A program made the translations under genes and the position numbers. A stretch of DNA of 64,000 bases from Candidatus Limnocylindrales bacterium (GTDB lineage Bacteria > Desulfobacterota > Binatia > UBA1149 > CAITLU01): positions 89,308 through 153,307 of the forward strand of contig DASPNR010000013.1 in NCBI GenBank assembly GCA_035626395.1, written 5' to 3'. Below are positions 27,601 through 37,455 of this stretch, piece by piece; within the stretch, counting starts at the first letter, position 1, and every line of letters begins with the position of its first letter. The notes beneath the pieces were generated by a model. The model saw only the letters and a list, made by a program, of their open reading frames with translations. It made no database searches and was not told the origin of the DNA.

Positions 27601-28628
27601 TTCTTCGCTCTGGCGGCCGACATCGGTCCGCTCTTCTTGGCTGCACGGCCCGGCGCAGCCGCTTGCTTGATTGCGCCGGCGCCGGCCTTGTTGCCGCCAG
27701 CGGTCCTTGCGCCCGCGGCCGTCGCGCCCTTGCCGGCCGTCGATCTCTTGTCGAGAAGCACCTCGGTGCCGACGCCGCCGGTGGTGAAGATCTCCAGCAG
27801 CACCGCGTGCTTCACTCGTCCGTCGATGATGTGCACCTGCCCGACGCCGTTCTCCAGCGCATGAATCGCGCACTCGACCTTGGGAACCATGCCCGAGGCG
27901 ATGGAGCCGGCCTTGATCTGCCGGCGTGCCTCCTCCGCCGACAGGTACGGCTGCACGTCGCCTGCGCCGTCCTTGATGCCCGCAACGTCGGTCAGGAGAA
28001 TCAGCTTGTCGGCCTTCAGCGCCGCAGCGATCTCTCCTGCGGCCACGTCGGCGTTGACGTTGTACGTCCCGCCGTCGTCGTCGGTCGCGATCGGCGCGAT
28101 CACCGGAATGAAGTCGGTGCCGGCGATGCGCTCGATGATCTCGGCATCGACGCGCTCGATCTTGCCCACCAGGCCAACGTCGACGAGCTCGGCCTTCCTG
28201 CCTTTCTCCTCGACCTTGACCTTGAGCTTGCTGGCATGCAGCAGGCGGCCGTCCTTGCCAGTCAGGCCGATGGCCTTGCCGCCGTGTCGATGGATCATGC
28301 CGACGATGGTCTTGTTGATCTGGCCGCCGAGCACCATCTCGACGATCTCCATCGTGTCCTCGTCGGTCACGCGCATGCCGCGCACGAAGTGGGTCTTGAT
28401 GCCGTGCTTGGACAGCGCCTGCTCGATCTGTGGGCCGCCGCCGTGGACGATCACGGGCCGCAGCCCGATCGAGCGCAGCAGGACCACGTCCTCGGCAAAG
28501 CCGGACTGGAGCTGCTCGTCCAGCATGGCATGGCCGCCGTACTTGATGACGACCGTGCGGCCGGCAAAGCGACGCAGGTATGGCAGGGTCTCCAGCAGTA
28601 CGTCGGCTTTGGCGATCAGCTCATCCAT
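27597..28628 (-). CDS. argB: Acetylglutamate kinase with an Ala/Gly/Lys-rich C-terminal tail
   Basis: Internal ATG 28628 (MDELIAKADVLLETLPYLRRFAGRTVVIKYGGHAM), VIVHGGGPQI, YNVNADVAAG. Confidence 0.95.
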   Translation of the reverse strand: MDELIAKADVLLETLPYLRRFAGRTVVIKYGGHAMLDEQLQSGFAEDVVLLRSIGLRPVIVHGGGPQIEQALSKHGIKTHFVRGMRVTDEDTMEIVEMVLGGQINKTIVGMIHRHGGKAIGLTGKDGRLLHASKLKVKVEEKGRKAELVDVGLVGKIERVDAEIIERIAGTDFIPVIAPIATDDDGGTYNVNADVAAGEIAAALKADKLILLTDVAGIKDGAGDVQPYLSAEEARRQIKAGSIASGMVPKVECAIHALENGVGQVHIIDGRVKHAVLLEIFTTGGVGTEVLLDKRSTAGKGATAAGARTAGGNKAGAGAIKQAAAPGRAAKKSGPMSAARAKK

Positions 28629-28911
28629 GGTGGCCGTCCTTGCGCGCGGGATCTGCGCCGCCACACGGTGTCGGCATCCATCTGGTGGCTTTGGGCCGCG
28701 CGCGAAGCGCGAGGTTATAGCGCGGCAGGTGAATGCCTGCCAGCCGTTCGGCGATGCACTGTTGCTCCTCGGCCGGCGCATCGCCGGCCGGGCGGCCCAG
28801 GCGCGGCCGCGCGCTGCGCGTGCGGTCGTCGCCGGCGCCGTAGCGTCCGCCAGAGCCGCGGAGTGTCGGAGACGCTGCATCGGCGGCGCGGGGCGGCACG
28901 GCGGTGCAGCA

Positions 28912-30489
28912 TCAGCGGATTCGCTGCGCGTCGGCGGGAGCAGGGTCGCGCTGCGGGTGTCTCCGAGGGCGCGTCGCTGCAGGAAGCGGGGTCGGCTTGA
29001 CGTCCTTGCGGAGGCGATGGACCGCGATGCCCTGCGCGCGCATCAGCGGCCGGCGAAGCTCGCGGTAGCTGCGCAGCAGCGTCGGCATGCCCGGCGGCTG
29101 CATGCGCGAGGTCAGGATGAAGTCCGGGAGACGTCCGTCCTTGAGCGGCAGGAAGCGGCCCTCCTCGCGGACGCGTTCGGCCATGTACCTGCGGATGCGC
29201 ACCGGGAAAAAACCGTGCTGCGTGTGATTGGCAGTACGGTTCATCGCCAGCAGGTGCAGCGAGCTGACCACATAAACGGCCTTTCCCTTCTCCAACAGGC
29301 TGCCGACATAGGCCGCCGCTTGTCGCTGCTCGGCCAGTCCGCGCCCCCGATACTGCTGATAAGGCCGCGTGGCAGCCCAGCCGAGCGCGATGACTGCAGC
29401 CAGCACGAGGCCGCCGGCACGCAGCGCACCCTTGGGCATCGCGACCGCGCGGGCCGCCAGCGGTCGCAACGCGTTTGCCACAGCTGCCAGCGCCCATGCA
29501 TCGGCCAGCGCGATGAAAGGCAGGATCAAGAAACGATCCGGAAAGCCCTGGTAATCGAGCACGATGAACGTCAGGGTGCCCGTGGCCGCAAGCATCAGCG
29601 CGATGCGGTCGGGACGCGCGCTCGTCCACCGTCGCCGCAACGCGGGCGCAGCGAGAGCCAGCACCCACCACGTCGCCAGCACCGCCGAGTACAGAGCCAT
29701 CGCGACCATGCGCACGCCGCGCCCTTCCTCCATCGAGAAGATGCGCGTGAGGTTGAGCTCGAGATCGGGCGCGTCCTTTCCGTACTGCGCCGGGAAGATC
29801 AGGCTCTGGTACAGCTGCTCGCGCAGCGCGCCGTGTGCGAGAAAGTACGTCTCGTAGCACAGCAGGGGCAAGACGGCGCCTGCCAGCATCATGGCGACGT
29901 CACGCCTGGCACGCGTGCTGGTCCAGCCCACGGCGAGCAGCGCCACCGGCAGCACGAGCAGCGCCGGCTGCCAGGTCAGGAAGCAGGTCGAGGCGAGGGC
30001 GCCGATCAGGAGCGGCCGCCGCGTCGTCATGGCCAGCATCCACGCGATCAGGAAGAAGACCAGGACCACCTTGGGCCGTGAGCCGGCGACGGCGAGCGAC
30101 AGATAGTCGGTGAAGAGCAGCAGGACCATTGGCGCCACGAAAGCGGCCAGCCGGCTTGCGAAGAGCCTCCACGCGCACAGCCAGAGCATCGGAAATGCGG
30201 CGGCGGTCACCGCCATCGAAAGCGCCCGCGCCGACATCAGATCGTCGGCGCCGACGATGCGGCCCAGGCGGATGGCCGCCGCCGTCAGCAGCATGCTCAG
30301 CGCGTTCTTCGGATCGAACTCGGAGATATGGGGCGGCACGCCCGAGGCGGCGCGCTCGGCAATGAAGAAGTAGACCTGCGTATCGACGATGACCGGCATG
30401 TCGGCCGGGTTGAGCTTCCAGAACGTCACCGCCGCGGCCAGCACGAACGTGGCGGCGACGGCGAGATCGGTTCGGGTCATCGCAGGCAT
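28912..30489 (-). CDS. Polytopic membrane protein, GT-C (ArnT/PMT-like) glycosyltransferase-like; family uncertain
   Basis: About 10-12 TM segments are followed by a soluble C-terminal domain. An early loop carries an acidic motif (VIVDTQVYFF). The start is ATG 30489 or 30480. Confidence 0.5.
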   Translation of the reverse strand: MPAMTRTDLAVAATFVLAAAVTFWKLNPADMPVIVDTQVYFFIAERAASGVPPHISEFDPKNALSMLLTAAAIRLGRIVGADDLMSARALSMAVTAAAFPMLWLCAWRLFASRLAAFVAPMVLLLFTDYLSLAVAGSRPKVVLVFFLIAWMLAMTTRRPLLIGALASTCFLTWQPALLVLPVALLAVGWTSTRARRDVAMMLAGAVLPLLCYETYFLAHGALREQLYQSLIFPAQYGKDAPDLELNLTRIFSMEEGRGVRMVAMALYSAVLATWWVLALAAPALRRRWTSARPDRIALMLAATGTLTFIVLDYQGFPDRFLILPFIALADAWALAAVANALRPLAARAVAMPKGALRAGGLVLAAVIALGWAATRPYQQYRGRGLAEQRQAAAYVGSLLEKGKAVYVVSSLHLLAMNRTANHTQHGFFPVRIRRYMAERVREEGRFLPLKDGRLPDFILTSRMQPPGMPTLLRSYRELRRPLMRAQGIAVHRLRKDVKPTPLPAATRPRRHPQRDPAPADAQRIR

Positions 30490-30573
30490 CGGGGCATGGC
30501 AATCGGTTCGCAGAGCAACGGTTTCGGGCCGACGTCGCGTCAGTCTATACAAGCCGCTGCCGGTTTCCGACTC

Positions 30574-31977
30574 ATGGACGAGCGCTCGCGCATTCCTGCC
30601 TCTTCATCGATCCGCAGATTGGCCGCCGTTCTGGCATGTTCCCTGGCGGTGATGGTGGCGGGGCTTTCGTGCACCTCCAGTGAGCCTGCCGCGCGCCATC
30701 CCGTGTTCATCATCGGCGTGGACGGGCTGGAATGGCGGCTGGTGCGCGAGATGCTGGCCGAGCGCCAGCTGCCGAACCTGGCGGCGCTGCTGGAGCGCGG
30801 GCGCTATGGGCAGCTGGAGACGATGCATCCGAGCATGTCCCCGGCAATCTGGACCAGCATCGCCACCGGTGTCTCGCCCAGGCGTCACGGCATCCGCACC
30901 TTTCTGAAGCCGCGCGGGCAGCTCTACACGAACCGCGACCGACGCACGAAGGCGCTGTGGAACATCGCGAGCGAGCACGGCCGCCGCTCGCACGTGATCG
31001 GCTGGTGGATGACGTTCCCGGTCGAGCCGATCAGCGGCATCATGGTCGCGCAGGTGAACTCGTCGGTGAGCGGTGACCGGCAGCCCGATGCGATCTACAA
31101 GGGCGGCATGGTTTCGAGCCTCGAGCATCAGGTGCATCCGCCCGAGCTGTCGCAGCGAATGCTCGGCATCGCGGCCGAGGTCGAGGCGGACCTGAACGTC
31201 ATCGCCGATTCCATCTTCGCGGCGCCCGTCCAGCCGCACGCCGATGTGGCGACGCTGTGGAAGCAGAGCCTGTGGTCGGTGCGCGCCGACGCGACCTACG
31301 AGCGCGTGTCGCTCGAGGCCCTGAAAGTGCAGCCGGACGTGGATCTGTTCATGGTCTACTTCGGCGGAACCGACGTGCTCGGCCACCGTTTCTGGCGCTG
31401 GACCTATCCGCGCGAGTTCCGCTTCCCGCCCTCGGCCGAGAGCCTGGCGGCGTACGGCAGCGTGATGACCGACTACTACCGGTACATGGACGAGGTCATC
31501 GGCCGTATCGTGGAGGTCGCGCCCGAGGATGCGACGATCATCGTCATCAGCGATCACGGCATGGGCCCGGCCAATCGCAAATCACCGTACGATCCGGAGG
31601 CCAAGGGCACGCGAGCTCGTTCGGGAGCGCATGGCCGCACAGAGGCGTTCCTCGCGCTTGCCGGTGCCAACATCGCGCCGACCGAGCCGGAGCGCGACCT
31701 GACGCGGCTCCAGCCGGAGGATGTCGACGACCTCGGATCGATCTTCGACGTGGCGCCCACCGTTCTGGCCCTGCTCGACCTGCCGGTTGGCCGCGACATG
31801 GAAGGGAAGGTGCGAAGCGAGCTTCTCGATCCGGCTTTCCTGGCTGCGCATCCGCTGCGCTACGTTCCCACGCACACGCCGCCTGACTGGAAGGAGGCGC
31901 GCCGGATGCCGCAGGCGCAGACGCCGGCCGAGCAGGAGCGACTCGAGCAGTTGCGCTCGCTCGGCTACATCCAGTGA
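30574..31977 (+). CDS. Alkaline-phosphatase-superfamily lipoprotein (type I phosphodiesterase / nucleotide pyrophosphatase-like)
   Basis: Internal ATG 30574. Lipobox VAGLSC. Motifs are VFIIGVDGLEW, MSPAIWTSIATG (nucleophile region) and VISDHGMG. Confidence 0.8.
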   Translation: MDERSRIPASSSIRRLAAVLACSLAVMVAGLSCTSSEPAARHPVFIIGVDGLEWRLVREMLAERQLPNLAALLERGRYGQLETMHPSMSPAIWTSIATGVSPRRHGIRTFLKPRGQLYTNRDRRTKALWNIASEHGRRSHVIGWWMTFPVEPISGIMVAQVNSSVSGDRQPDAIYKGGMVSSLEHQVHPPELSQRMLGIAAEVEADLNVIADSIFAAPVQPHADVATLWKQSLWSVRADATYERVSLEALKVQPDVDLFMVYFGGTDVLGHRFWRWTYPREFRFPPSAESLAAYGSVMTDYYRYMDEVIGRIVEVAPEDATIIVISDHGMGPANRKSPYDPEAKGTRARSGAHGRTEAFLALAGANIAPTEPERDLTRLQPEDVDDLGSIFDVAPTVLALLDLPVGRDMEGKVRSELLDPAFLAAHPLRYVPTHTPPDWKEARRMPQAQTPAEQERLEQLRSLGYIQ

Positions 31978-31999
31978 GCGAGCCTGCCTGCCACGCGAG

Positions 32000-33385
32000 C
32001 TACAAGATGTAGCGGGACAGATCCTGGTCGTCGAGCACCGGCCCGAGCTTCTCGCGCACGTACGCCGCATCGATCCGCAGCTCGGTGCCGCCGCGCTCGG
32101 GCGCATGAAAGCCGATCTCGTCCAGCAGCCGTTCCATGATCGTGTGCAGCCGCCGCGCTCCCACGTTCTCGCTGCGGCCGTTGACCTCGGCCGCGATCGC
32201 CGCGATCTCGCCGATGCCGGATTCCTCGAACTCCAGCGTCACGCCCTCGGTAGCCAGCAGCGCCTTGTACTGGCGCACGAGCGAGTTCTGCGGCTCGGTC
32301 AGGATGCGAACGAAATCCTCGCGCCCGAGCGCATCCAGCTCCACGCGCACCGGAAAGCGTCCCTGGAACTCGGGGATCAGGTCGGACGGCTTTGCCAGAT
32401 TGAAGGCACCCGAGGCGATGAAGAGGATGTGATCGGTGCGCACCATCCCGTGGCGGGTCTTGACCTGCGATCCTTCGACGATCGGCAGCAGGTCGCGCTG
32501 GACGCCTTCGCGGGAAACGTCCGGCCCGGAATAGGCGCCCTGCCGCGAGCAGATCTTGTCGATCTCGTCGAGAAACACGATGCCGTTCTGCTCGACGCGC
32601 CTGACCGCTTCCTGCGCGACCTTCTCCTGATCGATCAGGCCCTGCGCTTCCTGCTTGGTGAGCAGCTCGAGCGCATCCTTGACCGGCACCTTGCGCCGCG
32701 GTCGATCGCGGCCGCCGCCCAGCGGCGAGCCGCCGCCGAACAGGTTGGCCAGCGTGTCCTTCAGGCTCTGGCCCGCCTCCTCCATGTTCTGCGGCGTGAT
32801 GACCTCGAAGAACGCTCCACCGGGGAGCTGCGGCGGCGGCGGCACGATTTCGACCATTCGGTCGTCGAGCTGCCCGTCGCGTAGCAGGCGCCGCATCTTC
32901 TCGAAGGTCGCCTGCGTCTCCGGATTGGTCGCCGGCCCGCCGGGACCCGTCATCGACGGCGTTGCCGGCAGCAGCTCGCCGATGATGCGGTCCTCGGCGC
33001 GCTCGCGCGCCTTCGTGTGAACCTTCTCCGTCTCCTCCTCGCGCACCAGCTCGATGGCAATGTCGACGAGGTCGCGGATGATCGACTCGACGTCGCGGCC
33101 GACGTAGCCGACCTCGGTGAAGCGGGACGCTTCGACCTTCACGAACGGCGCCTGCGCAAGGCGCGCCAGGCGCCGCGAGATCTCGGTCTTCCCGACGCCG
33201 GTGGGCCCGATCATGATGATGTTCTTCGGCGCGATCTCCTCGCGCAGCTCGCCGGGCACCTGCAGGCGCCGCCAGCGGTTGCGAAGCGCGATTGCCACCG
33301 CGCGTTTGGCCGCCGCCTGCCCGACGATGTAGCGGTCCAGCTCCGAGACGATCTCGCGCGGGGTCATGGGATAGCTGTTTGTCAT
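32000..33385 (-). CDS. hslU: ATP-dependent protease ATPase subunit HslU
   Basis: [34 protein letters not shown], Walker [20 protein letters not shown]. The start is taken at ATG 33385 ([13 protein letters not shown]). Confidence 0.95.
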   Translation of the reverse strand: MTNSYPMTPREIVSELDRYIVGQAAAKRAVAIALRNRWRRLQVPGELREEIAPKNIIMIGPTGVGKTEISRRLARLAQAPFVKVEASRFTEVGYVGRDVESIIRDLVDIAIELVREEETEKVHTKARERAEDRIIGELLPATPSMTGPGGPATNPETQATFEKMRRLLRDGQLDDRMVEIVPPPPQLPGGAFFEVITPQNMEEAGQSLKDTLANLFGGGSPLGGGRDRPRRKVPVKDALELLTKQEAQGLIDQEKVAQEAVRRVEQNGIVFLDEIDKICSRQGAYSGPDVSREGVQRDLLPIVEGSQVKTRHGMVRTDHILFIASGAFNLAKPSDLIPEFQGRFPVRVELDALGREDFVRILTEPQNSLVRQYKALLATEGVTLEFEESGIGEIAAIAAEVNGRSENVGARRLHTIMERLLDEIGFHAPERGGTELRIDAAYVREKLGPVLDDQDLSRYIL

Positions 33386-33436
33386 CGGACGGCTCCGCTG
33401 CCGCTCATCGTCGCGCCCGGTCACGGCGCCGGCCGC

Positions 33437-33979
33437 TCACGACAGCTCCTCCACGGTGAGCTGGCCATTGGTGTACACGCAGATGGCGGCGGCGATGCGC
33501 ATGGCCTCTTCGGCAACCGTTCGCGGCTCCAGCTCGGTGTGCGCGATCAGCGCCCGCGCCGCGGCGAGCGCGAAATTGCCGCCCGAGCCGATGGCAACGA
33601 TGCCGTCGTCGGGCTCGATGACGTCGCCGGCCCCCGTGATCAGGAGCGTCGCCGTCGCATCCGCGACGACCAGCATAGCGTCCAGGCGCCGCAGCATCCG
33701 GTCGCTGCGCCAATCCTTGGCCAGCTCCACGGCCGCGCGCGACAGGTTGCCGCTGTACTTGTCGAGCTTGCCCTCGAACCGTTCGAACAGCGTCAGCGCA
33801 TCGGCAGTGGCGCCGGCGAAGCCTCCGAGCACCTTGCCGCCGTGCAGCCGCCGGACCTTGCGAGCCGACGCCTTCAGAATGGTTCCGCCTGCGCTGACCT
33901 GTCCGTCGCCCGCCATGACCACGCGCTGCTGGCGGCGCACGGCAAGAATGGTCGTTCCGTGGATGTCCTGGCTCGCCAC
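33437..33979 (-). CDS. hslV: ATP-dependent protease subunit HslV
   Basis: [10 protein letters not shown]...GDGQVS...GFAGATADA...GSGG. GTG 33979 ([12 protein letters not shown]) gives a short CodW-like pro-sequence. The ORF track start at 34027 is also GTG. Confidence 0.9.
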   Translation of the reverse strand: MASQDIHGTTILAVRRQQRVVMAGDGQVSAGGTILKASARKVRRLHGGKVLGGFAGATADALTLFERFEGKLDKYSGNLSRAAVELAKDWRSDRMLRRLDAMLVVADATATLLITGAGDVIEPDDGIVAIGSGGNFALAAARALIAHTELEPRTVAEEAMRIAAAICVYTNGQLTVEELS

Positions 33980-34078
33980 GCGCTCGACCTTTGCCGATTC
34001 ACTGGCCGATTGCCAGTCACCGCGCACGAGCGCGCCGGCTACGGCGGCGTGCGCGGCAGCGACGCACGACGCGCGCGA

Positions 34079-35011
34079 TCAAGCTCGCGGATGAGCCTTG
34101 CCGTGCACCGCAGCCAGGCGTGCCAGCTCGAGGTGCGTGTATCGCTGAGTCGTGGCGATGGACGCGTGCCCGAGCATCTCCTGGATCGCGCGCAGATCGG
34201 CGCCGCTCTCGAGCAGGTGCGTGGCAAACGAGTGTCGCAGCGAATGCGGCGTGGCGTGGCTGACGATTCCGCTGCGACGAAGATGCAGCTCGACGACGCG
34301 TCCGACGCTTCGGGTGGTCAGGCGACCGCCCTTGGCGTTGAGAAAGACCGCCTGCTCGTCGCACCGCGGTCCTTTCCAGCCCTCCCGGTACACGCGCAGC
34401 GCGCGCAGGGCCTCGGCGCCGATGGGCACGACCCGTTCCCTGCTCCCCTTGCCGCGTACGCGTGCCACGCCGATGCCTTCGTGCAGCGAGCTCCAGTTCA
34501 GCCCGACCGCCTCCGCGGCGCGCAGGCCGCACGAGTACAGGACTTCCAGCAACGCGCGGTCGCGACGCCCCAGCGACGTATCCGTGTCGGGCGAGGCGAG
34601 AAGACGGGCGAGGTCATCGACCGACAGGTGCACGGGCAGCATGCGCGGCACCTTGGGGGCGCTGACGGCGTCGGAGGGATTGCCGAGGCGCCCCTCGCGC
34701 CCGACCCAGGCGAAAAAGGCTCTGAGCGCGGCGAGCTTTCGAGCCGACGTCGCGCGCGAGGAGTCACGCAGCCTGGCCGCAAGAAACGCGCGAATGGCGG
34801 CCACGCCCGCGGCTACGATCCGTCCCGCATCCGGGGCCCGATCGTCGATCTCGCCGCGTTCGGCCAGAAACCCGAGAAACTGACGCAGGTCGGTCCGGTA
34901 GGCGCGGCGGGTGTTGGCGGAGAGGCCAGCCTCGCTGCGCAGCGCGCGCTCGAACGCATCGAGGAGCGCGTGCTCGGCAGAGGCTTCAGCTTCGGACGCC
35001 ATCGCTCTCAT
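34079..35011 (-). CDS. xerC: Tyrosine recombinase XerC/XerD
   Basis: The C-terminal catalytic pattern is ARSLRHSFATHLL...LGHASIATTQRYTHL. It sits immediately upstream of hslVU, a common xerC synteny. The start is ATG 35011 or 35002. Confidence 0.85.
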   Translation of the reverse strand: MRAMASEAEASAEHALLDAFERALRSEAGLSANTRRAYRTDLRQFLGFLAERGEIDDRAPDAGRIVAAGVAAIRAFLAARLRDSSRATSARKLAALRAFFAWVGREGRLGNPSDAVSAPKVPRMLPVHLSVDDLARLLASPDTDTSLGRRDRALLEVLYSCGLRAAEAVGLNWSSLHEGIGVARVRGKGSRERVVPIGAEALRALRVYREGWKGPRCDEQAVFLNAKGGRLTTRSVGRVVELHLRRSGIVSHATPHSLRHSFATHLLESGADLRAIQEMLGHASIATTQRYTHLELARLAAVHGKAHPRA

Positions 35012-35828
35012 GGTATCAACCCGGATCGTGGCGGCACAACAGTCCGCGCCCATTTCGGGCATCGCCGGTGAGAGCGTCGAGTTTCCTTCGCGACGCGGCA
35101 ACCGTCTGGTCGGCGACCTGCATCGCGTCGGCACCGGCGCGGGCCGCTGGCTGGTGCTGTGTCACGGGATGGAGTCCACGCGCGGCGGCACCAAGCAGCA
35201 GGCGATCGTGCAGCGCATGGTCCCGCGCGGCTACAACGTGCTGCGGTTCGACTTCTCCTTCGTGGGCGACTCCGAAGGCGACTACGAGGATCTCACCGTC
35301 ACCGGCGAGGTGGGCGACGTCCTGGGCGCGCTCGACTTCATGAGTGAATTCGCCGCCAGCGACTGCACGCTCGTCGGCTCCAGCCTCGGCGGGCTGGTGG
35401 CGCTGCTGGCGGCGGCGCAGGCGCCGCACGTCGTCAGCCGCGTGGCCACGATCGCAGCCGTGGCCGATACGCGCCTGTTCACGGAAAACCTCGGCGACAA
35501 GGCGATCGCCGACTGGCGGCGCCGCGGCCGTCATCGCATCGGCTCCGGCTTCCTCAAGCCCACCTTCCTCGACGACGTGCTGCGCATCGACGCTCCGGCC
35601 ACCCTGGCCAAGGTGGCGATGCCGGTGCTGGTCATGCACGGAGACGCCGACACCGTCGTGCCGCTGCGTCATGCGCACATCATTGCCGACAGCGTCTCGG
35701 GCCCGGTCAAGGTCGAGACGTTTGCCGGCGTGGGCCACCGCTTCGAAGAGCCGGGCGCGCTCGAGCGCCTGCTCGACGTCCTGGAGCGCTGGCTCGAGCC
35801 GGGCGCCGCGCCGGCCAAGGGAGGGTGA
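35010..35828 (+). CDS. Alpha/beta hydrolase
   Basis: LVLCHGMES, the nucleophile elbow LVGSSLGG, VLVMHGDADTVVP, GVGHRF. Confidence 0.75.
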   Translation: MVSTRIVAAQQSAPISGIAGESVEFPSRRGNRLVGDLHRVGTGAGRWLVLCHGMESTRGGTKQQAIVQRMVPRGYNVLRFDFSFVGDSEGDYEDLTVTGEVGDVLGALDFMSEFAASDCTLVGSSLGGLVALLAAAQAPHVVSRVATIAAVADTRLFTENLGDKAIADWRRRGRHRIGSGFLKPTFLDDVLRIDAPATLAKVAMPVLVMHGDADTVVPLRHAHIIADSVSGPVKVETFAGVGHRFEEPGALERLLDVLERWLEPGAAPAKGG

Positions 35829-35831
35829 GTC

Positions 35832-36134
35832 ATGCCCGAGCGGTGCGTGATCTGCTACGCCTGCGGCTCTCCGACCACGTTCGACGCGACGGTCTCGCGC
35901 AACGCGCGCTGCGACGGCTGCGGCATGGACCTGCGCTGCTGCCGCACCTGCAGGTTCTACGACTCCTCCGCCTACAACGAATGCAGCGAGCCGTCGGCGG
36001 AGCGAGTCGTCGACAAGGAGCGTGCCAACTTCTGCGACTACTACACGCCGCGCGGCGCGACCGGCGCTGCCGCCGCCCCTGCGCCTTCCGACGACGCCCA
36101 GAGCGCTCTCGAGAACCTGTTCCGCAAAGGATGA
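35832..36134 (+). CDS. Cys-rich zinc-ribbon protein, function unknown
   Basis: MPERCVICYACG...CDGCGMDLRCCRTCRFY...FCDYY. It starts 3 nt after the hydrolase stop. Confidence 0.6.
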   Translation: MPERCVICYACGSPTTFDATVSRNARCDGCGMDLRCCRTCRFYDSSAYNECSEPSAERVVDKERANFCDYYTPRGATGAAAAPAPSDDAQSALENLFRKG

Positions 36135-36544
36135 GCACGTTGCGCGCGCTTCTCCTTCTCTTGTGCCTGCTCATGGGGCCGCCGCTTGCCGGCTGCACCG
36201 CCGACGACAGCACCGCGCGAGGCACCGCCGAAGCTTTCCTCGACGATCACTACGTTCGCATCCAACTCACCGATGCGCTCGCGCACACCACCGATCTTGC
36301 GCGACAGAAGGTCGAGAAGGAGATCGAGCTGGCCCGCGATTCCGCCATCGACGGCGAGACCGCCAAGCCGCACGTCTCCTACACGCAAAAGCTCGCACGG
36401 GAAGACGCGCAGCGGGCGACGTTCGAGTACGAGCTGCTGATCCGTCCCGAAGGGATGGAGCCGTTCCGCCGTCTGGTGCTGGTGGTCCTCAAGCCGGCCG
36501 GCGACGTCTGGCGCGTCACCAACTTCTCCGAGAAGACGGACTGA
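36131..36544 (+). CDS. Lipoprotein, function unknown
   Basis: ATG 36131 overlaps the upstream stop (ATGA). MSTLRALLLLLCLLMGPPLAGC is a lipobox. Confidence 0.6.
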   Translation: MSTLRALLLLLCLLMGPPLAGCTADDSTARGTAEAFLDDHYVRIQLTDALAHTTDLARQKVEKEIELARDSAIDGETAKPHVSYTQKLAREDAQRATFEYELLIRPEGMEPFRRLVLVVLKPAGDVWRVTNFSEKTD

Positions 36545-36560
36545 TCGCCCGCGGGCAGCC

Positions 36561-37349
36561 TCAGCGTCCGGTGAACTGCGGCGTCCTCTTTTCGCGCATC
36601 GCCTGGATTCCTTCGGCTGCATCGGCGGTGGCGAACGTCGTGGCCTGCACGCTCGCTTCGCGGACCAGCGCATCGTCGAGCGAGCGCTGCTCGGTGGCCG
36701 ACAGCGTCTGCTTGAGGCCTCGCACCGCCAGCGGGGCGGCGGCGGCGATGCCCGCGGCCAATTCCTCGACGGCGGCATCGAAGTCGTCTCCGGCGACGCG
36801 GTTGACCAGGCCCATGGCCAGCGCTTCTTCGGCGCCCACCATGCGTCCCGAATAGAGCAGGTCGGCGGCGCGGCTGGGACCGATCAGCCGCGGCAGCGTC
36901 CAGGTGGCCGCCATGCCCGGATGAATGCCGAGCCGGACGAACGTCATTCCCACCTTGGCGTCCCGATGCATCACGCGCAGGTCGGCGCCCAGCGCGAAGC
37001 ACAGCCCTGCGCCCACGGCATGGCCATTGATGGCGGCGATCGACGGAACGCGAAGGTCGCGAATCGACAGGAACGCCCGGTAGAAGTTCTCGCCTCCTCC
37101 GAGGCCTTCCTCGCCGCTGCCCGCGCTCGTCTCGGCACCGAGCGTGCGAAGATCGGCGCCGGAGCAGAAGCCCTTGCCGGCGCCGCGAATGACCACCACG
37201 CGCACGCCGTGATCGGCGTTGAGCTCGGCCACGGCTCGCCTCATCTCCTGCCCCATCCTGGGCGTCATCGCATTGCGCTCGGCGGGACGGTTCAGCGTCA
37301 TGCGGCCGATGCCACCGGAGGTCTCCACCAGAATCTGCTCGTAAGGCAT
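36561..37349 (-). CDS. Enoyl-CoA hydratase/isomerase (crotonase) family protein
   Basis: GIGRMTLNRPAERNAM, VVVIRGAGKGFCSGADL, INGHAVGAGLCFAL. Confidence 0.9.
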   Translation of the reverse strand: MPYEQILVETSGGIGRMTLNRPAERNAMTPRMGQEMRRAVAELNADHGVRVVVIRGAGKGFCSGADLRTLGAETSAGSGEEGLGGGENFYRAFLSIRDLRVPSIAAINGHAVGAGLCFALGADLRVMHRDAKVGMTFVRLGIHPGMAATWTLPRLIGPSRAADLLYSGRMVGAEEALAMGLVNRVAGDDFDAAVEELAAGIAAAAPLAVRGLKQTLSATEQRSLDDALVREASVQATTFATADAAEGIQAMREKRTPQFTGR

Positions 37350-37455
37350 CGCGTTGCTCCCCCCGCGGCAGGAACGTAGAATTCGCGTCCACTAACGCGC
37401 CAGGTTCCTGCAGTCAAAGCAGGTGACGCCGAAGCGCGCTCCCGGAAGCCTCGAG

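Noticed and set aside
28690-28745. Inverted repeat GGCAGG-TGAATG-CCTGCC next to a TATAAC box upstream of argB as an ArgR operator or promoter
   Set aside because: There is only one TGAAT half-site-like element. The spacing to any -35 is unconvincing, and no second ARG box was seen.
34079-35011. Tyrosine recombinase as an integrase marking a mobile element
   Set aside because: It lies directly upstream of hslV-hslU, the classic chromosomal xerC context. No att-like repeats, tRNA or phage/IS genes lie nearby.
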